64,000 bases of DNA from contig CAXHJY010001250.1 of the NCBI GenBank assembly GCA_964016885.1, positions 1 to 64,000 on the forward strand. The letters run 5' to 3'. This stretch comes from Eledone cirrhosa. Taxonomy: Eukaryota. Within the stretch, counting starts at the first letter, position 1, and every line of letters starts with the position of its first letter. The position numbers and the translations under genes were made by a program. The notes beneath the pieces were generated by a model. That model saw only the letters and a list, made by a program, of their open reading frames with translations. It ran no database searches and was not told where the DNA came from. Below are positions 1 through 13,962 of the stretch, piece after piece.

Positions 1-1909
1 ATGCGTAACTTGAAGATAATCCACCTGATTTCCTCGAAATTTGGTGTGGATAAAAAAAAATTCCGATTCCATTAATGGTTTCAAGGAAATTTACGAATTA
101 TCATTCGGCATTACATGCCATTTTCATTTTCAAAATAAACGCTACCTAAACATCGTAAGTAACGTATATATATATATATATATATTTCAATGGAAAAAGA
201 AAGCCAGATACCAAATAGTTCTTTAATGTTTCAAAATCACGATACCTATTTCTGTGGCCTACATGCCGACGTTATCAAACCATGATGCAATATATGTGGC
301 GACTACTTTAGGTGTAATTCCCATACAAAACTTTCAGGATAAGTAATCAAATACTGGTTTATGGAAAAATATATACAAACATTTGATACGGAGGCGGCCT
401 ATTTGTCAATACGTCCTCCCAGGGTAGGTCGCAGGCCTATTGGTAGTTTTTGCAACGTTAAATGGAAAATGTTACACATTTCTCGGAGAGGCCCCTTTAT
501 CTAAGGCCTGAACGCATCCCTTGTAATCCCGCGCAAAGGACGATGTGGTATGACAGCCATTGGCGTGCCTAGCTATATTGCAGTGTTTTGGTGATCAAAT
601 TCATGCGAGTCACCCATTTGGTACTTTTCTCAGACCCTTGAAGTCTAGGCTTCTTTGGAGGCGGATTTTACTCGCCTCGTCATATCTACATCTCGTGGCT
701 GTAATAATTTTCTTGGGAGCTAACAGTGTCACACAATGCACTATCTCCTTTATATATGTGTGTGTGTGAGTTATTGTAGGCATATATGTATGTCTGCACT
801 TATGTTTATATGTATGTACGTATCTATGTATATTTGTATGTGAGCGTCTACTATGTGTCTAAATTAAGAGTGACATTTCTTTCATAGAGGTTATATTAAA
901 AGCGTGAATGTCTTTGAACATTCTTAAATAATTTTTCTTACTTTTTTACGTTTGGTTGGGCTCAATTGATTTCCTGAATTCTTAAATTGTTTATCGTTTC
1001 GAGAACTCCGTAGCCATCTTGAGAATGAAAACATGAAATCTGTAAAATCCATGATTCAATATGTTAGATTAGTTTCACAAGTCCGACATTTTCGTTGGTT
1101 GATAATACAGTTACAACAAAGATCTTTCACAACACATTTGAATCTAGAACTAGCAACAAAATTAGTTGATAAAACCAAAATTCCCTATTGAACTCCATAT
1201 ATAACGAGACAAGAAATTTGGTAGGCTTTTCTAATATTAAAGTATAATGGCAAATACAAACACATAGATAAAGTATACGGAAAATAGATGGTCAAACTAT
1301 CAACCTTTAACCGTTTAATCATATTTTTGGGGATTTTATTTTTGTTCTCGCGATATGGGGCGAGAGTAAAACACTTGAACAACACATTAGTGCAACAATC
1401 ATTCGTGTTCTGAAGTTGTGTCCGCGAAGCTTTAGAAACGTTAACTGAATTATAGATTTTGAAACGTTTTTCTTCAAAACCAAATAAATACGTGTATGTC
1501 TGCATCAATGTATATATATCAATATATAAGTTCAGCTATTGTTTCAAAGAGATCACCTGAGTGGGGAGATGCAAGGAAACGGGAAATCAATATATTTTCT
1601 TTTCATTTGAAGGAGGAGCCTCTAATTGGATGATATTGCTTTGAGAAACATCGGCTGATTTGTACTCTATTCTCATAAAGAGACACTCAATAATATAATC
1701 ATACATATACGCTTAAAAGGTGATCATGGGCGGAATGACTTACCAGATACACTCAAGTATACAGGTGCAATTTGTAACATGTTCAGCGAACATATAGATA
1801 CTTCTTCGGTAGTATGTAAGTATATATATATATGTATGTTAAGTAGAAAAAACAAAGTTATCGATGAAATGACATGATTATATCTAGAACTTTTTTCTAT
1901 TTACCACAT

Positions 1910-1979
<70 letters not shown>

Positions 1980-2169
1980 TGATGTTGCATACGCATAATC
2001 ATTGGATCTAGATTTCTGAACTTTACCTCGGATTTGATTTTCTGCATCGCCATTGTTAGTAAAAGACACAATGAGTTTTTAATTGTCTTGTCAATCTATA
2101 ATAAAACGGTTGCCACTACTTATTAATCTATTTATCTATATATATATATATACATATATGCATACATAT

Positions 2170-2388
2170 AAAACTAATCTATATTATATTTTATCTGATG
2201 AAACCGCACCATAATCTGCCTTGCTGGCCCTTGAAGTATGTATAATAAAATAAATATAGTTTCCATTTGTTATATTTACTCCAATTAATTTGTTGTATAT
2301 TTACTCCAATTAATTTGTTGAGTGCTGTATATCAGTTATAAAAATATTTTGCTTGTTGTATCCCAACAAATTAAATATAACCTCTACA
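2170..2388 (+). mobile_element. Family-A hammerhead element, single non-inverted degenerate copy (Penelope pLTR-like)
   Basis: tattttat-CTGATGA...GAAG-tatgta-TA-ataaaata (2187-2252, GAAA mutated to GAAG). 2256-2388 is a diverged reverse complement of 5150-5262. Bounded by TA-rich microsatellite. Confidence 0.65.
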
Positions 2389-2447
<59 letters not shown>

Positions 2448-2534
2448 CGAAGGAAATGTGGTAAGGAACCAGATGGACCATAACGCACCAAAGTACTCAA
2501 TACTTAGGGTAGTAGGAACGTCAGGGTCCTACTC

Positions 2535-2575
<41 letters not shown>

Positions 2576-2646
2576 GTAGAAATTCTTTTTTTTTCTACAA
2601 ATTTCTACAAATTCCATACTTGGTGAGTAAACTCTCTTCCTGCTAC

Positions 2647-2720
2647 TTCAAGCGTTAAACGAATATATTCCTTCCATATACTGTACCGATTGGCTTGTTA
2701 TTTCTGTTTACCTATTACAT

Positions 2721-2766
<46 letters not shown>

Positions 2767-2856
2767 GTGTGTGTGTGTGTGTATGTAAAATGTAAACAAA
2801 AATAACAACCCAATCGGTACAGTATATGGAAGGAATTTATAGGGCTAACGCTTGAA
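2647..2856. repeat. Imperfect inverted repeat enclosing CA/TA/TG microsatellite
   Basis: ttcaagcgtt...ttccttccatatactgtaccgattgg...tgtttac pairs with gtaaaca...ccaatcggtacagtatatggaaggaa...aacgcttgaa. Confidence 0.85.
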
Positions 2857-2968
2857 ATATATATATATATATATATATATATGATGATGAAATATATGGA
2901 GAATAGAAATGGCTGTGCAGTTCCTATTTAAGGCAACTTAAAATGCAGTGCGAATACGAAGAAAGCAA

Positions 2969-3009
<41 letters not shown>

Positions 3010-3120
3010 AAAGTTTTATTTAAAATTGTTGGGTTACAACGAGTAAATAAAAGCACTCAACAGGTTTTGGTGTATTTTACGATATAAAACAAATGGAAAC
3101 TACATTTATAAAACCATATT

Positions 3121-3186
3121 TATTTCATTATATATATTTCAGGGATATCATATTAAAAATATGGTATGCCCTCTTCAGATAAAATA
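3121..3186 (-). ncRNA. Minimal type I hammerhead ribozyme motif
   Basis: Minus strand reads tattttat-CTGAAGA-gggcatacca...tgatatccct-GAAA-tatata-TA-atgaaata. Confidence 0.75.
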
Positions 3187-4570
3187 CAATATATAAACAG
3201 TTTTATAAATAAATTTGACATACCTTAGAATTTTTACAACTTCCATTTAAAAAGTTGTTATGGTAGTGAAAATGTTAAGGACGGTTAGAAAGAAAGACGG
3301 AGAAAAAAAGAAAAAGAAAAAAGAAAAAGAAGGAGAAAAGAAAAAGAAAGAGCGGAAGGTGAAGAGGATGAAGAAATGTATGTAAAGAGAAAACCACCAA
3401 ATGAGAGATTAATGAGGGAAGAGGGTACTGTAATTATTTATTTATTTATTTATTTATTTAGTGTTAAGGATACGGGGAGAATTAAAAACAAAAATAAATA
3501 AGGAGAGGTAGATCGAGTAATATCTATTATACGAGGTGGGAGAGATAGGGGAGGGGTGATATACAGGAGATAGAGTTAAAACACCCGATACAAGTATAGA
3601 GGGAGGAGGAGAGGAGATATACTTAGAAACAAAAATGATAGTTTTAAAATATTATGTTTCATCAGTCTATCAATTCCTATGAATTATAATGTAAATATCA
3701 ATATTCATGAATGAGACACATATCAATAATGTGTGAAAAAATAATGACTATATGTTTAGTTTAAAAATTCATAGGTTTATAATCAAAGTCTGAGATAAAA
3801 CTTCAAAAAATAGTGAAATACATAAGTATATATGTATTTTCATGAAAAAGAGAAAAGAGAAAGAAAAAGAGGTTATTTCAAATTGACATTATAGACACAT
3901 GTGAGTTTACATGATCAGCTCTGTAAATTTTTATTTCACATGAAAATCTTCATTAATAATAATAATATTCTTGCCCTTTCTTACATGATTATCGTTCAAG
4001 CATAGAATAGAACAGATATCAATATATTAAAATATTAAAAACGCCAAGAATATTTTCCTCCCCAGAATATCTAGGGCCGTAATATAACACAGTGTGCCCA
4101 GCATGTCAATCAATCCTTCCAATTTATTTGACAATATTGCCTCTCCTCCTCCCTCTATACTTGTATCGGCTGTTTTAACTCTATCTCCTGTATATCACCC
4201 CTCCCCTATCTCTCCCACCTCGTATAATTGATATTACTCGATCTACCTCTCCTTATTTATTTTTGTTTTTATTTCTCCCCGTATCCTTAACACTAATTAA
4301 ATAAATAAATAAATAAATAAATAATTACAGTACCCCCTTCCCTCATTAATCTCTCATTTGGTGGTTTTCTCTTTACATACATTTCTTCATCCTCTTCACC
4401 TTCCGCTCTTTCTTTTTCTTTTCTCCTTCTTTTTATTTTTTATTTTTCTTTTTTCTCCGTCTTTCTTTCTAACGGTCCTTAACATTTTCACTACCATAAC
4501 AACTTTTTAAATGGAAGTTGTAAAAATTCTAAGGTATGTCAAATTTATTTATAAAACTGTTTATATATTG

Positions 4571-4636
4571 TATTTTATCTGAAGAGGGCATACCATATTT
4601 TTAATATGATATCCCTGAAATATATATAATGAAATA
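4571..4636 (+). ncRNA. Minimal type I hammerhead ribozyme motif
   Basis: Stem I tattttat/atgaaata, core CTGAAGA (4579-4585), imperfect stem II, GAAA (4617-4620), palindromic tatata, predicted AUA cleavage after 4628. Confidence 0.75.
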
Positions 4637-4691
4637 AATATGGTTTTATAAATGTAGTTTCCATTTGTTTTATATATATATATATATATAT

Positions 4692-5010
4692 TTACACAGA
4701 AATAATTTAAAAAAATGTGAAGACGAAAATCCAAAGTGGGCTGGATAAGGGTAAATATATATCAAATATATAAGAACCGTAGAGCAAATATTTATTAAAA
4801 TAACAGATTAAAGTTTAAGCAAAGAATCGCTGCTTTCACCCTTAACAGGATCTTCTGAAACTAACAAAGTCAATCTGTGAACGCAGAAATACTTCTGCGT
4901 TCACAGAAGTACTTCAGCGTTCACATATTGACTTTGTTAGTTTCAGAAGATCCCGTTAAGGGTGAAAGCAGCGATTATTTGCTTAAACTTTAATCTGTTA
5001 TTTTAATAAA
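4692..5010. mobile_element. Fold-back element: ~220 bp hairpin (4789-5010) plus ~100 bp left extension, in (TA)n
   Basis: tttattaaaataacagattaaagtttaagc... pairs with ...gcttaaactttaatctgttattttaataaa. Flanked by (TA)n. Confidence 0.85.
4939..4989 (+). ncRNA. Hammerhead-like motif with variant core CAGAAGA (mirror copy 4812-4862, minus strand)
   Basis: agttt-CAGAAGA-t-ccc-gttaa-ggg-t-GAAA-gca...tgc-TT-aaact. All three stems pair; core position 4 is A. Confidence 0.55.
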
Positions 5011-5012
5011 TA

Positions 5013-5598
<586 letters not shown>

Positions 5599-5974
5599 TA
5601 TATATATTTGGTCAACAAATATGGAAATTGTAGAAATTACTAGAAAAAAAAAGAATTTCTACAATTTTCATACTTGATGACTGAATATATGTGTCTGTGT
5701 GTCTGTTTTTTTGGTGTGTATGTATGAATGTATATTTGCTTTTTTGATTTTCCTCACAGGGAGAAATACAATATGAAGTTAGAGAAACATAAAGTTACAT
5801 ATGGTTAGGTTGACACATCTCCGTGTAAGTGGCGTAGTGTAAATGAGATGAGACTGCATTTGCGGAGACTTGCTTGATACCAGATTCGATTTAATTTCCA
5901 TCTTTGGAAGTAAATTGCTACAAACACGCATTTTTTTATAAGTATACACTGCATGCGTACACACACATGCAGAG

Positions 5975-6018
<44 letters not shown>

Positions 6019-6029
6019 AAACACATACG

Positions 6030-6060
<31 letters not shown>

Positions 6061-6158
6061 GTATTTATATATAAATGTATGTAATGTTCATCAGCTCCAT
6101 ACACAGCTTGATAACTTCTTGCACTCAATGTCTGTTCCTTTCTGGCATGAGATCTCAA

Positions 6159-6221
<63 letters not shown>

Positions 6222-6395
6222 GAGGGGATGCGGGGAGAATTGAACAAATTGGAAGAATGGAAGTTATGAAATTAGAATTATAACAATAACAACGACAAAA
6301 TCATACAAATCAATAAAATTATATTCCATAAATATATATAATTAAAATATAAGAAGAATGATGGGATTATAAAAACATACAGACTACATATATAA

Positions 6396-6458
<63 letters not shown>

Positions 6459-6531
6459 AAAATTGAACGGGAACAAAACAGAGAGGCAGTACGAACAAAG
6501 GTTTCACGCTCTTGAGAGTGGGCTGGTGGTG

Positions 6532-6570
6532 GGGAACGACGTTTCGGGCATAAGCCCTTCTTCAGGCGAA
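6532..6570 (-). ncRNA. Minimal hammerhead motif of Penelope pLTR type, solo
   Basis: Minus strand: CTGAAGA-a-gggc-ttat-gccc-GAAA-cg-TC. GUC triplet and palindromic acgt; stem I is weak. Confidence 0.6.
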
Positions 6571-6764
6571 AAGTGTGTAGGAAGAGAGTTCAAAGGGTGT
6601 GTAGGGGAGTGGTGGAGAGACATATAGCAAAAAGGGGGGTGAGAGGAAACGGTGCAAATGAAATTAAAAATAAAGGCATGATCAAAATAAAATTAAAAGT
6701 GGGTAAAACACATACATACACACACATACATACACACCACACATATATATGTGTGTTTGTGAGT

Positions 6765-6887
<123 letters not shown>

Positions 6888-7474
6888 CAGTGTATGTAAC
6901 CAAGATACGCTATATCGAATAGACCGACTTGAGCAGTGCGCAATGCGAGCCAATGGATTAATAGACATGACAATTCCACACGGCGAGCAGTTAATAAACA
7001 TGGTGCTTTTACTTGTGATGAATCTGATTATTGTGATGATGGTGTTAATATTAATTATGATATTGGTGGGGATGATGTTGATGATGATAGTAATAACGTT
7101 ATGATGATGACGGTGTTTCTCATTTCCCGAGCACAAACTCAAGAAATCAAAGATGTTTTATTATAAAAGTCATCGTATACCTTGTTTAAAACAAATAAGT
7201 TGTTTGAACTCGTTATATGAAGTTCAGATATAATCTTCCTTAGAAATATTGTTTGTCATATACTTCATATTTACGTTTTTCTGTTGAAATACTTTCATCG
7301 GTTTTTCTTGTCTTCATTCTTGTTTAATCTGGGAAAGAAGGTAGAAATTATATAAAGTAACGATACAAATAATATTACAGCTAAATGCATGACGTAAGAA
7401 ATACAAGTATAACATTACGTCTATATAAATATACACACACACACACATATATATATATTCGCTTGTGTGTGCGT

Positions 7475-7504
<30 letters not shown>

Positions 7505-7505
<1 letters not shown>

Positions 7506-7863
7506 ATGTATAATAAACAATACAATATAATTACCTCATTACCAGAGGTTTCCCGAATAAGACGAATACGGAAAACGTCCACATTCGTTCGTCGGACAAG
7601 GCAATTTAAAACATAGTGAAATAATTGGAAAGTCTCCTCAAGAAATGCAAAAAAATTATAAATAAAAGCAATGCAAGAGAAATATAAAAAAATAAGGAAA
7701 TATGGTTTGGGTCTGTGTATATGTATGTATATACACTCACAAATGTGAGTGTATATACATACATATACACAGACCCAAACCATATTTCCTTATTTTTTTA
7801 TATATCTCTTGCATTACTTTTATTTATAATTTTTTTGCATTTCTTGAGGAGACTTTCCAATTA
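7505..7863. mobile_element. Fold-back element: near-perfect 240 bp hairpin (7622-7863) plus left extension
   Basis: taattggaaagtctcctcaag...cactcac-aaat-gtgagtg...cttgaggagactttccaatta. Confidence 0.85.
7534..7601 (-). ncRNA. Hammerhead-like motif with variant core CCGACGA
   Basis: Minus strand: ccttgt-CCGACGA-acgaatgtgga...tccgtattcgt-cttattcgg-GAAA-cc-tct-gg-TA-atgagg. Stems I, II and III can pair. Confidence 0.5.
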
Positions 7864-9048
7864 CACATATGTGTGTATGAACAAATGCATGTGTATGGTG
7901 AAAATGTGTGCGTAAGTACATATATGAAGGCAAGTATATTTGTGTATATGTGACCACAAATACGTATATAATATGAGTTGAAAAAGAAATTGTATGATAA
8001 TATAGTTGACACGCATCCAGATCCAGGTATTAAATACACATACGAGTATGAAAGCACGCGTATAAACACACACACACGCGCGGTCACTTATATGCGGAAG
8101 ATAAAGAGGGAAGGGAGTGTAATAGTAAAAAGAAGTGTCATTATCGATATATGTATAAAAATGAAACAATATATGGGAATGAACATTTTTTTAAATCAAA
8201 GAGAAAGTAATCAATTAACACTAGAGAAAAGAAAACAAACATATGTACGCACGTACATACACATATATATAAAAAAATATTCATACACACAAATACGCAC
8301 AAACAAAAGCGCATGCATGCATACATACATACACACGAGGCACGTATATATATATATATATATCGCCCCATGTATATCTAATCACACGTACGTACGCGAC
8401 TATAAGCATATATGCATATATACATACACACACATACATACATATACATATATACACAAATACATACACATACACATACATTCACCCGCATACACAGACA
8501 CGTATAAATAAGAATGTAAAAAAATAGATATAAAAAAACCTAGATATAAAAGCACACATACACATATATATATATACGTACGCACACACACATACGGAGG
8601 CGTTCGTATACATATACAGAACGTATACACACATAAGCACACTCACACACATAGATACAGATTATAAATCAGCCATATGAATAAATGAGTACAAATATAA
8701 AATCGGCTGCGAAACAACAGAATATATCTGGTGTGGAAAACGCAAGTGACACAGTGATATCAGGTAGTGAAAGAAAATGGGGAAGTAAAATGTGGAATGT
8801 GAAGATATTAGGTAAGTGAATCAAAAAGTTGCGGGGGGGGGGGGGGGGTTACTGGTGGATGTGAAGTAAAAATAAAAATTAAATTAAAAATGAAGTTAAA
8901 AATGAAAGTAAATCAGAAAGAGAAGTCTGTAAAGAGGATAATTTAAGGAAAGTGAAGAATAAGAGTTAATGGAGGATAAGTATGTGAAAGTGAGTTAAGT
9001 TTATATGAGCTGGAAAGCATGTGTGATTTCATGTGTGGGCAACTGGTG

Positions 9049-9114
<66 letters not shown>

Positions 9115-9122
9115 CAATATAT

Positions 9123-9186
<64 letters not shown>

Positions 9187-9544
9187 ATGTGTGTGTGTGT
9201 AAACAAATTACGTTTGATTTAGACGGAATTTGAAAACTGAATTGAATTAGCAGCTTTCACCGTAGTTTTTCTTTTTACTAAAGAAAATAGTCTAATAACG
9301 GGGCGTATAAACCCCATGTCGGAACAAATGGGTATCAGCAGACACAAGTATATGTAAATATACATTATATTAACATAGAGTGATATAGATAATAAAATAT
9401 TAAAGAAACTGAATTGAATAGATAATGTCGCTTGTATACATAACTACCCTAACATGTACATACAAACAACCGCAGAGATACCTCTAAAGAAACACATGTA
9501 CACATATACAGACATACATATATGTATGTGTGTATGTATGGATG

Positions 9545-9629
<85 letters not shown>

Positions 9630-10401
9630 TATATAATGTGTGTGTGTGGTTTGTATTTGTGTTTGTACAGGTATGAGTTAATATATTGGTTTATACACAA
9701 AAAAAGATTTCCCTAGGCACGTTTGCAACATATATTCATTTACTCATTCATTCGTTCATTCGTTCATTCGTTCATTCATTCATTCATAACGCCTTTCTAA
9801 ATGTTGAAAATAGTCTTTAGAACATTACGGATGGAAGAAGAATGACTGAATAAATCCTACATCGTATAAAACTCACGTTATATCCGGTTTTACCTTTATC
9901 TAATATTTACCATATTGAAACCGGAAGTAAGGAATTATTCAAAATATATAAATCAAAGTTAGACGGGGTAAAAAAAAAAAAAAATGAACTCGGAAAAATG
10001 TTGGTAATTTTTATAATTTCTACATTTTATTAAGCTTTCCGTTTATCTGTTTTCATTCCATTTTAAATTAATGGGTTTGGGTGGGAGTATTCCCCCCTCA
10101 ACCTCGCCTCGGACTGTTTTTACTTTTTCCTGTTCCATATATTTTAGCTTTAGCTTATTAAAAGGATGCCGGAAATAATCACATCTATTTAGTGTAGTTA
10201 TGGAATTGCTATTCTACTCTTCCTGTATAGAGTTTATTATACAATGTTTACTGGACAACGACAAAGCATCATTGCCAAATCTGTATATCTGTATGTCCGT
10301 TAGATGGTCTGATTCTTTTCTTCATATCTCTCACTTATTAGCCTTCTTCCTCTTTCTTCCCCCCACACCAACTCTCACTCTCTCTCTCTCTCCCTCTCTA
10401 C

Positions 10402-10487
<86 letters not shown>

Positions 10488-10533
10488 ATCGCACACTCTA
10501 TCTCGCTTTACATTTCATTATTCATTACTGAAA

Positions 10534-10710
10534 TGGCAGCATCGGTAGAGGGTCGGACATGCTTTCCAGCATAGTTACGTCTCTTTACGATCTGAGTTCA
10601 AATCCCGCCGAGGTTAACTTTGCCTTTCATCCTTACGGGGTCGATAAAATAAAGTACCGGTAATGTACTAGGTTATTGCTGGCCTTGTGCCAAAAGTAGA
10701 AACAATTATT
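10534..10710 (+). mobile_element. tRNA-derived SINE (Nin/Deu-like central domain)
   Basis: B-box GAGTTCAAATCC, core gcctttcatccttacggggtcgataaaataaagtacc, tail gtagaaacaattatt. Multi-copy in this window. Confidence 0.85.
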
Positions 10711-10772
10711 CATTACTTGTGTAATATTGCATTATTCTCTTTCATTGTGTAATATAACACATACACATACAC

Positions 10773-10808
<36 letters not shown>

Positions 10809-11523
10809 ATGTGTGCGCGTGTGTGTGTGTTAGTGTATGTGTGTGTGTGTGTGTGTGTGTGCGTGCTTGCGTAGGTGCCTGCTCAGTGTGTTGCGAAGAA
10901 TTATTAGAATTTGTAAATGAAGAGAAAATTAAAACTTTGTCATTCACATATCTCTTTTCAGTAGTTTCAACAACAACAGAATCTATAGTGGACAAATTCT
11001 GATTTATGTGTGTGCATGTGAGTGTGTGTGTTGGGGGGGGGGGGCACGTTTCTGTATGTGTTACATAATCTATAATCGGTGGCTGAAGAATTGCTTACTG
11101 TTTAACGATTATCGTATGTCCTCGTTGTGCTGTGTTAGCGACCTTTCCTTGATTAAAAACACATGCAAAATGTATGTGATATATATGTGATATATATGTG
11201 TATGTGCGTGTGTGTGTGCTTAATGTGTTAAGGCATGGGATCGCAATCATGAAGTCGTGAGATTTATTCCAGCACTGAGCAGCACATCGTGTCCTAAAGA
11301 AAATCAATGCATTTTACATTCCTCCATTCAATTCAGCTGAAAATAATAATTTTGCCGGTAATTCAAAGGCTGTGTTGTCACTGAGAAATATGGCCGTGAA
11401 ATGGACAACTACAGGAAGTCAGTTCCGCTGTTTAATTCGAACAGAACACTCATCATCCTAGTTGACGTGCGTCTAAGAGACACATACAAACATACAGACA
11501 TACACACACAGTCTCACACGCAC

Positions 11524-11554
<31 letters not shown>

Positions 11555-11662
11555 TGTAACACAACATAATAAAAACTTCTATATTTTAATGATATTAAAG
11601 CTTGATTATGTATATTTCACGCCAATTCGTCGACGTTATTTAAAATAGAAACACTGAAATCA

Positions 11663-11693
<31 letters not shown>

Positions 11694-13861
11694 CGTACTC
11701 TATGTATGTTTAGATAAATTAATATACATGAAATGTATGAATAAATAATTCAATGTTTATGTATGTGTGTGTGTAAGCGTATATATATCTATATCTATAT
11801 ATATAGAGAGATAGAGAAAAGAAAATGAGAAAACAGCCTTTAAATGATCATAATATACATACATATATATGTGTTTCTACATGTGTATATATATATATAT
11901 ATGTCTGCGTGTGTGTGTTTGTGTGTGTATGTGTGTGTATATTAGTGAGTTCGTATGTGTGTGTGTGTGTGTGTGTGAGTGTATGTGTTCGTGTTTGTTT
12001 TCTTCTCTTACAGGCTGTCTGTAAACTGAGAATTAGAGAATTTTCACTAACCTTACGACCTAATGAATGCTATAAATATAAAAGAATATATTTTTCTTTG
12101 CAAATATGAACTTCAGTTCTAGATACAAACTCGCTTTTTTTATAGCATTTAATCATATATATCCTCAGGCAAAATAAGAAATCAAGAATTTGCTATCGAT
12201 CTATTGATAAACATTCGATACGGATTATATTATATATATATATATATACAAATATATATTTGTTACAATGGTGTGCTTCTGTATTTTGTTTGTCTATATT
12301 AATCGCTTTATTTTTCTTTTAAAAAATACCATTAAGATTGCACTGGTGGCCAGCAATTTGTTTTGGATTCTGTTTGTCTCGGAATCTATACATATTATTG
12401 AGTATATTTGAGGCAAATGATTCCAGATATTCTGTCAATATACTCCATCTACACTTTATTTTAAAATACATAATACTCCTTTTATGCAGTGGTATCCAGC
12501 CATGGGCTTGTATTCGGGACTCCAGCAGCTGTTTAAATCGTGTATCTTAGAATTTTCACGTGCTTAGGGACATCGTGAGAGTGCATTCAAAAAATGTTAT
12601 TATTTGTATTTATGTATGACATACTATTACAACTAAAACACACATATTAATTTTTTTAAATCTCAAAATGTACTGTTAGAATTTATGAAAAGTATAACTA
12701 TGAATAAACATATAAAATACCCAGTCATTAATCTCATAAGAAACTACGTTAACTTGGCTTCATGGTGTGTGACTACAATAACAGTTTCTAGCAGTAATAT
12801 GTCATCTTATACGTATCCCACTTTCCAACGTACACTTTTTCCTTTGCTTTTAACCTGAATGAATCTTTCTTTTTGCTCTTCACTTTCTGGAAATTAATCC
12901 AAGTGACTGTAAATGTAATGGACTTTGATGTTCATATTACAGTCGATTATATTATAATTGGACAGCATGTCTTCTCTTAATTGAGAATAGTTGTGTGCTT
13001 TTGACAAGTAAAAGAAGTGATGGCCATACACTGGCCTCCTTATTATCCAAGGAACGTGAATATTTTATAATCTCTCCTATCTGAGGACCAAAGAAGCCCC
13101 TGCATATTTTTCTGTTCTCAGCTCAGGCAATTTATAGCTCTTTTGTTTTGTTTTGTCCTTTTTTTTTCTTTTTAGTAGCCAAAATAGACAAGAGAGAATA
13201 TAAATACTAAAGTGAACGCTACAATACTTTATGTATTAAGTTAAACATTGTTTATCAATTAATGTTGCACATTTCATGTTGGGAACAATCAATTATGAAA
13301 GGACTAACTACGGTCAGAAAATTTCGAGAATGTTTTACCCGCAGCTGAGTCCTGATTTTGCCATTGATAGTAATATATCGGGCGCCTATACTCGGACAGT
13401 GCTTCAGCCGAACCTACAACACGGTCAAATCGATATCATAATTTCCATTCCGTACTGAGTTATTGCAGTGATAATGCAGATGCAAACCAACTGCACTCTA
13501 AGATGTGTTCTCAAACATACGCTTCGAAAAGATATCAAAGAATATATATTGAATTTGGTAGGGAATATTTGACAAGGACGTAAATTGTATAAATAATAGG
13601 GTTGGTCATTGCAAGGCTGATATGAACATATATATATCATGGAATCTCTTTATATATGACTGCTGTCATAAGAAAGACATTAATCATAATTATTGAAATG
13701 ATAAATACAATACAAGGAAGTTGACATAAAGTGTACTGATCAGCTTTGAATTTTTAATCCTTATTAACTAAATAAATTGAAATAAAGTAATATGTCGATT
13801 CAATTCTTCAGATTGAACTGGTTGTACGATGGAAGAAACGGATGAAAAGAATAAAAGAGAA

Positions 13862-13863
13862 TA

Positions 13864-13962
<99 letters not shown>
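13862..13962 (+). repeat. (TAA)n microsatellite
   Basis: Direct observation. Confidence 0.95.

Larger units (their letters stand above)
3006..4673. mobile_element. Family-A fold-back element: ~530 bp inverted arms (3082-3614 / 4140-4673), ~525 bp spacer, ~75 bp one-sided extension, in (TA)n
   Basis: Arms are near-identical reverse complements by direct comparison. (TA)n on both sides. Each arm carries a hammerhead motif. Confidence 0.85.

Noticed and set aside
12320-12548. ~75 open codons on the minus strand
   Set aside because: Weak splice acceptor and no recognisable motif.
13276-13458. DFAIDSNISG as a cadherin-like exon
   Set aside because: Other cadherin motifs (LDRE, DxND) are absent and the frame closes quickly.
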